Shown here: positions 53,201 through 62,534 of the stretch, one piece after another | How the letters are laid out: every line of letters starts with the position of its first letter | Numbering within the stretch: the stretch's first letter is position 1 | DNA from: Mytilus californianus | Taxonomy: Eukaryota | DNA: 64,000 bases | Direction of reading: 5' to 3' | Assembly: GCF_021869535.1 (NCBI RefSeq) | Contig: NW_026262668.1 | Location: 97,278,001 to 97,342,000 of the forward strand | Notes under the pieces: model-generated | Databases searched by the model: none | What the model was told of the DNA's origin: nothing | The model's input: the letters and a program-made list of their open reading frames with translations, nothing else | Translations under genes and position numbers: made by a program

Positions 53201-56200
53201 TGAAGATAAAAAAAAAAAAAATTTATAAAATGTATTTTAGTTACAATTGATTTTTGGTTGATTTTTAATCAAAATAAGTCCTATGATTTCTACATTTTCA
53301 TATCTAATGATGATCAGATATTAAATTTTGGGTTGCTGCATTTCATTGGTATATCTCCAACTTTTATTCATATTCGAATATTTATACATGCCTTCTTCTC
53401 GTAACTTCAATATTTTCCTTTCTTCTGTCATGCCAATTATAAGTATTAATTTTCAAAGCCTTCTGCTAATACATGTATAATATTCTTTCAAAGAATTTAG
53501 TATAGTAATAATATATATAAAGTATAGTAATAATATATATAAATAAAGTCTAGAAACTAAATTAGTAATCAATGATTCAAAACTACATTTTTTTTGTACA
53601 TTGTTCAATCTCTGTCAAAGAGTGAAATAATATATAACATAGTGGAAATAGACAAAATCATGTTGTTTGACATCTTACTTAGTGTACATGTGGTGCTATA
53701 AATTACCATATAAACTTTCTCAAGTAATCTTACCGCTTACGCTTTTCTTCATCTTTAAGCACTTCATACACACCAACAAGCTAGATGAAAATATAAAAGT
53801 CGCATAAAATACTGTAAATAACCTATGTCAGATATAAAAGACACTGCAGTACACAGTACTGTAAAAATCATCATCAAAGGGGAATAACTCTATTAAGAAT
53901 TAACTGACAATTTCAGTCATGTTGACATATTTGTAGAAGTTATCCTGCTGATGATTTTTTCCTTTTTAAAGTTTCTAGTTATCTTTAAAAGTATTCAACA
54001 TTATCATTAAAGGGCAATAACTCCAAAAACGAGTCAACTGAAAATTTCAGCTATTTGGCTTATTTGTCATGTTTGTAGATCTTGTCTTGCTGAAAATGCG
54101 AAAATGTGAAAAATTGTCATCAAAGGGCAATAACTTCAATAAGCAGTCAACTAATGATTTCGGTCATTTGACATATTTTTGTACATCTTGTCTTGCTGAT
54201 CATTTTTGTTTTTCAAAGTTTCTATCTATCTATTCTATTTTTTAAGATATTACGCAATAATGCAAAAAATTGGTAAAAATCATCAAAAAGGGCAAAAACT
54301 CTAACAAGAAGTCGTCTGATGATTTTGGTCATGATGACTTATTTGTAGATCTTGTCTTGCTGATTATTTTTGCTATTTTAAATTTTTGTCTATCTATTAT
54401 AATTTTAGAGATAATAGGCAAAACATTTTTTAAATGGTAAAATTTGTCATTTAAGGGCAATAACTCCTATAAGAAGTCGTCTGACAGTTTTGACTTAAAG
54501 AAACAAATGGTAGAACTTATCATTCTGAACATTTTCAGTCAGGTCAGATTATCTCTATTTATAGCGGTTTTCAGAATAACAGGCAAAACTTGCATTTGAC
54601 TCCTTTGTTCTATTTTTCACCATTTCAGCCATCTTAGTTGGCAGGCTGGGTCATTGGACACATTTTAAAAACTAGATGCCACAATGATGATTGTGGCCAA
54701 GTTTGGTTGGATTTTACCTAGTAGTCTCAGAAGAGAAGATTTTTGTAAAATTTAACAGACGAAGACGGACGGCCAAGTGATGAGAAAAGCTCACTTGGTC
54801 CTTTGAGCCAGGTGAGCTAAAAAGTAGTTCTACTAATGTATCAATTTTCTGCTAAAACATAATAATATGAATTTAAAAGGGTTTTCCTACTTTATGTAGT
54901 AATCCAAATAAAATGGTTAAAAAAAAGGTAGGAAAATATTGTATTATTTTTCAGCAAATTCTATCAATGGAAATTTTGAGACTAACAAGATGTTATCAAT
55001 AGAAATTCTTGTTTATACACATATATTATGAAAATACAACCTGCCACCATAAAATCAATGACTAATGTATTGAAAAAACTGAAACATTATGTTCCAACAC
55101 TACATGTAATTACTTGTATAATTATATATGAACCTTGTGTTATATTTTCTTTTATCTAAATATGTAATAAAATAAAAAATTGAAAGTCTTTTTTTAGTAA
55201 AACTGGAATTCATAAACATATCCATCACATAAACTGTCATTTATTTTCACATCATAACTGAACAACACATACTGTTATTTGGTAAAAATATATATTCTAT
55301 CATCAATATTGTGGGTATAAGTATAATAAGATTAAAATAACACCACAGCCACTTAAGGAAATCAAATGTGGTAAGAGATGTCACTATATACTAGGACTTG
55401 ACTGCCTTGTTAATATGGTTTTGTAGCTAGTTTTCATCTACACAATGTTCTCGAAGTAAACTTCACAAATTTACCTGTCTAAATTTGGCCTCAGCATCAG
55501 GTTCCTTGTTTTTGTCGGGATGAAGCTGCAGGGAAAGTTTTCTGTAAGCCTTTCTGATTTCTGAGCTACTAGCAGCCTACAAATAAAATAAAATCCATCT
55601 TTACCACTTCTCTGTGTAAAAATCAGGGAAATTTTATTACAGGTAAAAAAATTTAATGTGTGCTGTAATCAATCCATAACATCAAAATGTGTTACTTCTG
55701 GGGAAATAATTGAGCTTCCTCACTTTGCTATCACTTGATTCTCATTGTTCCTTGGATAATTTTTTTTTTAACAACAAACATCAAGGCAGTAACAGCTATT
55801 CCCCATTAGGCAGGCTGTGTCAACCTGTTCTAGGGAACTGAGGGCAACAAAATGTAAATACACTGTGTCTTATACTATATTGTATTAATTAGAATGTTAA
55901 GTTTAAATTCAGTTTTAGTTCCACAAAATTTTAAACATCTTTGGATTTTGAGATTCCTTTTTTCTGTTCACACAGAAGGTGCACTGTGTCAAAATAAACT
56001 AGTTTATGCCTTAAAAGTACATGTATACCAAAGTACTGCGAGATATTACTAAGAGAAATAGAGTACCAGATTAAGATGAAAATCAGTGGCGGATCCAGGG
56101 AATTCCGGGGGTTGGAACTCCCCTTTTTTTAGACGATCAATGCTTTTGAATGGGGACATATGGTTGGAACCCCCTTTAAAAAATGGCTGGATACGCCCCT

Positions 56201-58018
56201 GGAAATTAATAGTACAACAAGACAAGTTGAGTCCACATTTTTACCTTAGGATCAGTTTGGAAATATGTTTTAGATGTTCCCCTAATAAAATTAGTGAGCT
56301 GTTTTGATTGACATGAAGAAAATAAAAGTTTATTAATTTCTGAAACATAAAATGCATTTAACATTTATTTAAAACTTTTCCTGATGAACGAGTGTGTTTG
56401 TCTTCACAGTTAAATTTTGGTTGGTACAGCCAGGTATCGGGTCTGTTCGCGCCCAATACACGTTCGCACCCTACACGTTCGCCCCCTGGGTCCGTTTGCA
56501 CCCTACAAGTTCGCACCCTTTTTTTTTTATTCAAAAACCTGATGAATTATAATATGTTTTTTAAGATGTTTATCTCAAAATATTTTTATTAAATAAAAAT
56601 TGGGAAATTTTTTTATTCTTTTAAATGAAATATTGTTTTAAATTGATTTGATGATTAATTATTATATGTTAATTATGTATGATTACTGTTAATATATGGT
56701 GTTTACACAGGAGTAAAAACAATTAAGATTCAAAATGTTATTGTTGTTGAGTTTAATAGCGGTTTGGTATCTTAACATTAAAATAATATTCAACACAAAA
56801 AACCTTTTTAGAAAGTCACTTTATTTTGAAGCAATGAAAAAAAATAAATATAGCAATACACTAACCAAAACATGATTAAAAAAATATTCAACACAAAAAA
56901 CGTCACTTTATTTTGAAACAATGAACAAAAAAAATATTTATAGCAATACACTTACCAAAATACGATTGAAAAATTATTTAACACAAAATCAATAAAAAAG
57001 GGTGCGAACGTGTAGGGGGCGAACGTGAAAGGGGGCGAACGTGAATGGGAGCGAACATGTTTTTGGGCGAACAGACCCAGATTCGTACAGCCATATTTTT
57101 CAATTCCATCTGATGAACCTGAAGAGTTCTCAATACTTTTTCTACCCCAAATTCTGAGAGGTTTTGCCAAATACAACTAAGGTTGTCTACTCCTTGGATA
57201 GAAAATCCTTAGAATTTTGAAAAATTCAAAGTTTTGTTAACAGGAAACCTCCACCAGCAGTGGCATCCTGGTAATGGTTATAAATAAACTCATCATAGAT
57301 ACCAGGCTTAAAATTTCATCTACAAAAGACTCATCAGTGACGCTTGAATCAAAAATAGTTAGAAAGGACAAATAAAGTTGGAAGTTGAAGAGAATATTGA
57401 AGACCAAAAATTCCATAAGGTTTTGCTTAATAAGGGGAGCTAAGGTAGTCTACTCTTAGGGTCGAAAATCCTAAGAATTTCGAAAAATACAAATCAACAC
57501 AGGTGCTGACTGTTGTATAACTGATATAAGGGTAACTAATTGAGTTGCACTTTTTGTGGGTGAGGGGGCAGGCATGTTTTTTCAATACATTGTTTATTAT
57601 AAATTCTACATTTTGCAAACTTCTTTTTCACAGCGAAAAATAATCACTTTTAATCGCTCTGTACACAGAATCCCAAAAGGGAATTTACCACAGGCACTTG
57701 TTTTCTATCCATGGCAAGATCTACTATCCCTATATATTACTCGTAATATATAGGGAAAGTAGATCTTGCCATGGATAGAAAACAAGTGCCTGTGGAATTT
57801 ACCGTAAGGGACCCAAAATACCTTATGGTGAAAGTTAAACTAATATTGTGTTAAATTTGTGACAATACCTGGTCTACGCCTAAAACTTCATAGAAGTTTC
57901 GGTTGACCTCTTCAACCAGATCAAAAAGTTCAAGATCATCAGTATCCCAGCTCTCAGCTATCCATAAGTGAGACAAAAATAACAGCCACGTAATGCGTCC
58001 AAGTCTTTTAGACACCAT
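41205..58018 (-). CDS. DNAJC1: DnaJ homolog subfamily C member 1 (ERdj1/MTJ1), 10 coding exons, 537 aa
   Basis: Exons 58018-57869, 55576-55475, 53780-53734, 51249-51078, 49080-48801, 48500-48364, 45332-45216, 43024-42961, 42606-42140, 41282-41205. All junctions are GT-AG with consistent phases (1614 nt). The protein has a signal peptide, [15 protein letters not shown], a J-domain with [18 protein letters not shown] plus a TM helix, and two SANT/Myb domains. Confidence 0.96.
41395..41995. mobile_element. Non-autonomous element (GATTGGTTGATAGCC start, GACGTCATACAG repeats), possibly Crypton-associated
   Basis: Tandem GACGTCATACAG blocks and terminal motifs resembling those at 19290-19540. Superfamily is uncertain. 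Confidence 0.4.
42140..42606 (-). CDS. DNAJC1: DNAJC1 exon 9, linker plus SANT2 ([36 protein letters not shown])
   Basis: 467 nt, acceptor atttcag, donor AAG|gtaata. Confidence 0.95.
42961..43024 (-). CDS. DNAJC1: DNAJC1 exon 8 ([21 protein letters not shown])
   Basis: 64 nt, acceptor tttctag, donor AAG|gttagc, phases fit. Confidence 0.87.
43246..43495 (+). mobile_element. tRNA-derived SINE, full length, in DNAJC1 intron 7
   Basis: A box TGGCCGAGTGG (43257), B box GTTCGAACC (43318), central TTTCTCC..GGCTTCCTCCACC core, 14-bp TSD ATAAAACCCTAAAA (43232-43245 and 43496-43509). Confidence 0.88.
43763..45084 (+). mobile_element. Complete HINE/pearl-like element with an internal satellite array of about 162 bp
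   Basis: 5' subTIR ATACGACCGC (43791), about 6 tandem units (44101, 44263, 44424, 44584, 44745, 44919), a (GAC)n tract, and a 3' palindrome TATACGACCGC..GCGGTTGTATA. Confidence 0.82.
45216..45332 (-). CDS. DNAJC1: DNAJC1 exon 7, SANT1 ([30 protein letters not shown]...)
   Basis: 117 nt, SANT motif [13 protein letters not shown], donor GAG|gtaata. Confidence 0.95.
46385..47627. mobile_element. Non-autonomous DNA transposon with CAGGGCTCA TIRs (hAT-like)
   Basis: CAGGGCTCACACTA ... TAGCATGAGCCCTG, flanked by ACAACT direct repeats, with subterminal GGGAGAAGTGA repeats. Confidence 0.75.
48364..48500 (-). CDS. DNAJC1: DNAJC1 exon 6 ([16 protein letters not shown]...VVEKK)
   Basis: 137 nt, phase 1 in and phase 0 out, donor AAG|gtaacg. 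Confidence 0.88.
48801..49080 (-). CDS. DNAJC1: DNAJC1 exon 5 ([14 protein letters not shown]...EEEEETD)
   Basis: 280 nt, acceptor gttgtag, donor G|gttaga, open frame in phase. Confidence 0.9.
49620..50700 (+). repeat. Interspersed repeat family (GAGAATGGAAATGGGGAATGTGTCAAAGAGACAACAACCCGACC)
   Basis: Related copies at 22776-23075 (+) and 25545-25710 (-). Confidence 0.7.
50901..51039. repeat. Perfect 60-bp inverted repeat with a 19-nt loop
   Basis: Arms 50901-50960 and 50980-51039 are exact reverse complements. Confidence 0.92.
51078..51249 (-). CDS. DNAJC1: DNAJC1 exon 4 ([21 protein letters not shown]... TM helix)
   Basis: 172 nt, acceptor gttttag, donor GTG|gtaagg. Confidence 0.95.
51530..52925 (+). 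mobile_element. Complete HINE/pearl-like element with an internal satellite array of about 165 bp
   Basis: 5' ATGCCCCCGCT, about 7-8 units (TTCCATTTGTAAAGGGGCATAACTCTAGAAC), an ACGT/ACGG microsatellite, and a 3' palindrome GCCCCC..GGGGGC followed by an A-run. Confidence 0.82.
53734..53780 (-). CDS. DNAJC1: DNAJC1 exon 3 ([16 protein letters not shown])
   Basis: 47 nt, acceptor catctag, donor CG|gtaaga. Confidence 0.94.
53860..54822 (+). mobile_element. Degenerate HINE-like element
   Basis: Repeated AAGGGCAATAACTC..GATCTTGTCTTGCTGA units and a 3' end GACGGACGGCCAAGTGATGAGAAAAGCTCAC..GTGAGCTAAAA. Confidence 0.65.
55475..55576 (-). CDS. DNAJC1: DNAJC1 exon 2, J-domain HPD ([34 protein letters not shown])
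   Basis: Acceptor tttgtag, donor CAG|gtaaat, 34 codons. Confidence 0.96.
56433..57084. mobile_element. Mutator-type MITE
   Basis: TIR core GGGTCTGTTCGC, subterminal GTTCGC(A)CCC repeats, perfect 9-bp TSD GTACAGCCA. Confidence 0.82.
57146..57540 (-). ncRNA. Decayed retrozyme repeat with a type I hammerhead ribozyme remnant
   Basis: Minus strand reads AGCGTCA-CTGATGA-GTCT TTTGT AGAT-GAAA (57344-57314), but stem III and the cleavage triplet are missing. Flanks form a degenerate tandem with a period near 260 bp. Confidence 0.65.
57689..57794. mobile_element. 106-bp palindromic MITE
   Basis: About 51-bp arms with one mismatch and a CTCG loop, termini CACAG...CTGTG, perfect 8-bp TSD GAATTTAC. 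Confidence 0.85.
57869..58018 (-). CDS. DNAJC1: DNAJC1 exon 1 (MVSKRLG...[27 protein letters not shown])
   Basis: ATG at 58018, 50 codons, donor CAG|gtattg. Confidence 0.93.
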
Positions 58019-58317
58019 TCCCGAAGTTTAACCGCGTCCGGTTTGTGAGTTACACTAAGGTTTCGTTTTGTACCTTCAGATTGAAGAACTTTACGAAATC
58101 GAAAATACAGTCATAGTCACAACAGTGCAGTGGTAACCCACTTTCTTTCTCATATTCTCATGTGTAAACATAACAGACGAAGGTGGAAATTATGTTCACT
58201 TATTCTCTTAAATTATATATGACTGTGACCTGTGGCAGACAAAAGTTTCCTTATTTTCACTCATTCAAAATGTTTGATACAAGTTTTATTAGTTTAAAAA
58301 AAAAAAATGTTTTTAAC

Positions 58318-58352
58318 CAAGGATTTGTTTAGTAAGACTATACAAATCCTTG
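58318..58352. mobile_element. 35-bp CAAGGATTTG hairpin (mini-MITE or excision scar)
   Basis: 15-bp arms with one mismatch, 5-nt spacer, perfect 7-bp TSD TTTTAAC. Confidence 0.72.
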
Positions 58353-58707
58353 TTTTAACTTAAGGGAAAACGGCAGTATTTATTATTTCATAGGGGACAG
58401 TACTAACATTTTCTAAATTTACCACTTTTTATTAAAGGGGGTCTCATCGGGGGGTTCTGATCCCGGATCCCGCTTACTGTTTTGTCAGATTCCCGTATCC
58501 CGCTTACACTAAGTACGTAAGCAATTCTCATTTTTTTGTAATTTCCCGTGTCCCGTTAGACTTCATTTCCCGTTTTCACGGCACAATAATTTGACTCTCA
58601 CATGTCACGCTTACAAAAAATCGGCAATCCCGGGTCACGCCTAGACCCCAATGAGACCCACATTAAAAACCTGACAAAACAGTTACGTGTGGTATAAGTA
58701 ATTTATT

Positions 58708-60432
58708 CAGAGCTCCAGATAAGCTGCGTATTTGCGTGATCACGCAATACAAATGATTAAAAACCCATTGCAATTGCCCATTGCAGGGTTCAATAACCCA
58801 ATTATTTCGAAGTAAAACCCAATTATATGCCAAAACCATGAGTTCTTAACGCTTTTATTCGCTATCATTTGTGTTATTTACCCTTATCTAATTACAATCG
58901 TCGCGTAAATCTATTTTTATAATATTTATAATTGGAAATTTCCTTTCGTTCTAAAAATAGAGCCCTGGATCTTGTATCTTGTATCTGTCTAACTTCTGCC
59001 AATAAAGGCACACCTCCACTAATTGGGAGTAATATTATTCCTCCACCAGTAATCTGTTCATCAAGTAGCTGAAATGGGTCCCTGTTGGAATTTTACGTTG
59101 CTCAAAAGGTACACATGTTTATGAAAACATTTATATCTTCTCTGCGTTTATCCAATTAGCGTTTGTCATGTTTTCATATTTTTTTCGAATTGCTTGGGAC
59201 TTATCGTAACATACAATGAATTAAAACGAAAGTAAATGTCCGGTAAAAATATTGAATAGAAGCATGTTTTCAGCTTCTTTTTGATAGCAGAGGACAAGTT
59301 ATGATGATAACAAGACTCAGCTAGTGTTTTATGAAGCGTCCGTCAAACGCACGGGCGTGTTTGCGCACCTTAACAAGAACATTGCTAGAACGATAAACAT
59401 GGGGTTTCTTCAAGAACGAAATCAGTTGGAAAAAGTGAAAGGCCAAATTAATTATGACATGATATGTAGTTGGAAAGCATCGGAAACCAAAAGTTCTAAT
59501 AAGGGACAACTTAACCCAGATTTATGTTAATTAAATTAAACAAAAACATTCAGGTATAATTTTAGTTTATATATTATTTTTCATTTTTAGTTGATGAGTG
59601 AATACACATATCCGTTTTTTTACGTCAATGCAGCTTGACACTTTCTTTAATTTGGTCTAATTGTTCTGTATGCTTAAGATAGCTGTCTTATTGGCAAGTG
59701 TTATTTATTTATTTGATGTTGCAGAATTTTTTGTAAATTGAAGTTGAATGTGGTGTCCGTAATTAAACCACCCTTTAAACCTGGTCAAGGTTTTGGGGTA
59801 TATCTTAAATCTGGGAACTACTTATTATTTTTATTAAAAAGTAGATCTGGCAAATAGGTAAAAGGACTGGCAAAACTTTCTTACAGCACCTAAATTTCAC
59901 ATATATTACATAAAAATCTTAACACTAAGCCACACCTACCCCAAATAAACTGTAGGATTGATTGATTGTTGTTTGCTTTACGCCGCATTAGCAATAAACT
60001 GTAGGATATCATATGGGATCTAGAAAGGTAATTAGTTACTGTCCAACTAGTGATACCAGCTGCAGTTTATATAAGTTGCGAGAAAATACAAAACTGGCAG
60101 AACGTTTAAAACGTGACACAAATCAAACGTACAATTGCTCGTCAGTGAATAAACCAAACAAAACAGCTAGCACATATACAAAGAAAGAAACATATTAAAG
60201 ATGGAAAAACATCTTGGGTTGATATAATGTGATTATAACATGCCTAAATATTCAATATTGTGTTGATGAAAAAACCCAATACATTAAGGAGCTTGGTGGT
60301 GAAAAACCCAATTTGATATTTGCTTGAGGGGTGAATCGGAATTGATAATGCGATTAAAAAACTCTATCACCCAATTACATAAAAAAATGATGGGTAAAAA
60401 CCCCAATTTGTGAATTCTTATCTGGAGCTCTG
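58708..60432. mobile_element. Non-autonomous hAT-type transposon
   Basis: TIR CAGAGCTCCAGATAAG at both ends and a perfect 8-bp TSD AATTTATT. Confidence 0.88.
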
Positions 60433-62534
60433 AATTTATTTATATTTTGTTTTAGAAATTGAAGTAAAATAGTATCATGATTATTTCGGACGGAGCTTGT
60501 TTATTAAAAAAATTCTAAAGAATATTGTTCAATGGGTTTCATGTGGTTTCTAATACAATATTACAAGATTAAGGTCAATTAACAAATGAATCATCTGATC
60601 AGGAAAGAAATTACCAACAAAATCGGTCTTTAAAGGATAGGTACAAATAGATGTTTAGTGTCAAGAATGTTGGTATCGATATGGTATATGTCTATATTAC
60701 CAAACACTCACATTGTATACGATTTCTGGGGAATATGTCTTTCTCGGAACAGTCTTTTTCCGACTTAAATTAATAAAAAACTACATTTTTCATTAAGGAT
60801 GTATTCCTCTGACATTTCAGTCTCGTTGAAATCTCGTTCTGGAATTATTTCCAAAACATGAGATACAAGTGGAAAATATCAATGGATTTAAAAATTATTA
60901 TAATCAAACTTAACTCTGTGAAAAAATTGTGTATAAATTTACAATAAGTAGTTTTTGAGCAATAAAATTTTCAAATTTTGTAACCAATCAAGTCAGTCTC
61001 ATTAGCCAAAATGTTGAGAAAATGGGTGAGGGGTACAAGAAATGATTTTACCAGAAACATGTACATCCCATATCAATTTTTTCTTTTCAAATTTCTTAGA
61101 TATGTATATTTTCAATCATTTATAACTAAGAAGTTGAAATAGTATGTTTTTTGTTCTAAAAAAAGGGGAAAATCCCAAATTAACAAAAGTGACAGCATGG
61201 TAAATTTGACACGAAAAAGCAACAAAATTTTCGAAAACTTTCTTATATTAACACCTACCTATAGTTTTTATAAGTTAAATTTATTCAGATTGGTCCACTT
61301 CATCTTTAGTGAAAGTATGAAAAAAAGTTTAACTGTAAAACTGTGATTGTTTTTAGGATAATAGCCTAAAAATGGGTAAAAATTGATGAAAAATGGGAAA
61401 ATCTTCAAAATTGGGTACTTTCAAATGGCTGTGGCAAAAAAGAAGTGCACCACCATATGATTTATTCTTCACCAATTATTTTTTTACAGTCATATAAACC
61501 CAAAAATCAGGTTCTAATGAATCACAAAAACAGATTAGGTGTGTTCGAATAGCAAATTTTTACTAAAAGTACTTGACGACTGACTTTTAAGTTGGATCTT
61601 AAAAATGCATATCTTCAAATAAACTTCATTTTTTTATCGGTTTTCAAGAGCTAAATTGGAAGCGCGTCATCCCTACAATGGCTTCCATTTTTACGATTGT
61701 AAAAATGAATTGGCGTAATGGGGAGATAATTTTGACGAAGTAGAATCCTGACTGTTCAAGAATTACCCAAATATTTGACTTATTTTCAAAGTAGCAGCTA
61801 TGTATAAGAACTGTTTTATTTGATATAATATAAAGTATGTAATACTTTCTGACTTAATCCAAAGTGGTTCCTGAAGCTGTCTGCAGAAAGAGTTTGAACA
61901 CAGGGGCCTGTGTCTCTGATCCTCCATATTATTGCAACCAAATGAAAGTCTTCCACAGAGCCGTCTGCTCTTGACCATGGTATTTAAACTTTTGTCTATT
62001 CTCTTGTCCTATTGAATAAATACAATAGCTATTGTGTAGTTTTTTTCACTGGGACCTTTAAATTTCTTCTAGGAAAAATCTATCACTCATTGATTAATTT
62101 ACCTGACCAAAAAATTATCTTCTTTTTTGGGGGAAATAGTTGTATAAACTCACATAAACTGCATGCAATATTGTATTTAATCAATATCAATAATATATTT
62201 TCAATCTGTTCAATATAAACACTGATTTAATTATAAAAAGTTTATTTCTGACAAAATTTTTAGCATTGTTCATGTTTTTGTTGTTGTTCAGTTATAGAAT
62301 ACATTTATCAAGAACTTAATTTAAACACAATAATTTTCAAGTTTTTATTTGTCAAACACACAAAAAAAGCTAATTTTAATAGGGAAAATATAAAACATTT
62401 GTTCAGAAATCAACTTTTAATTTTTGAATCAGTGTTTATATTGAAACTATTAAAAATGAATTATTGATATTGAATAAATACAACACCACATGCAGTTTTT
62501 TTGAGTCCTTATTTAGTCATGTTAGTATTTGTAC

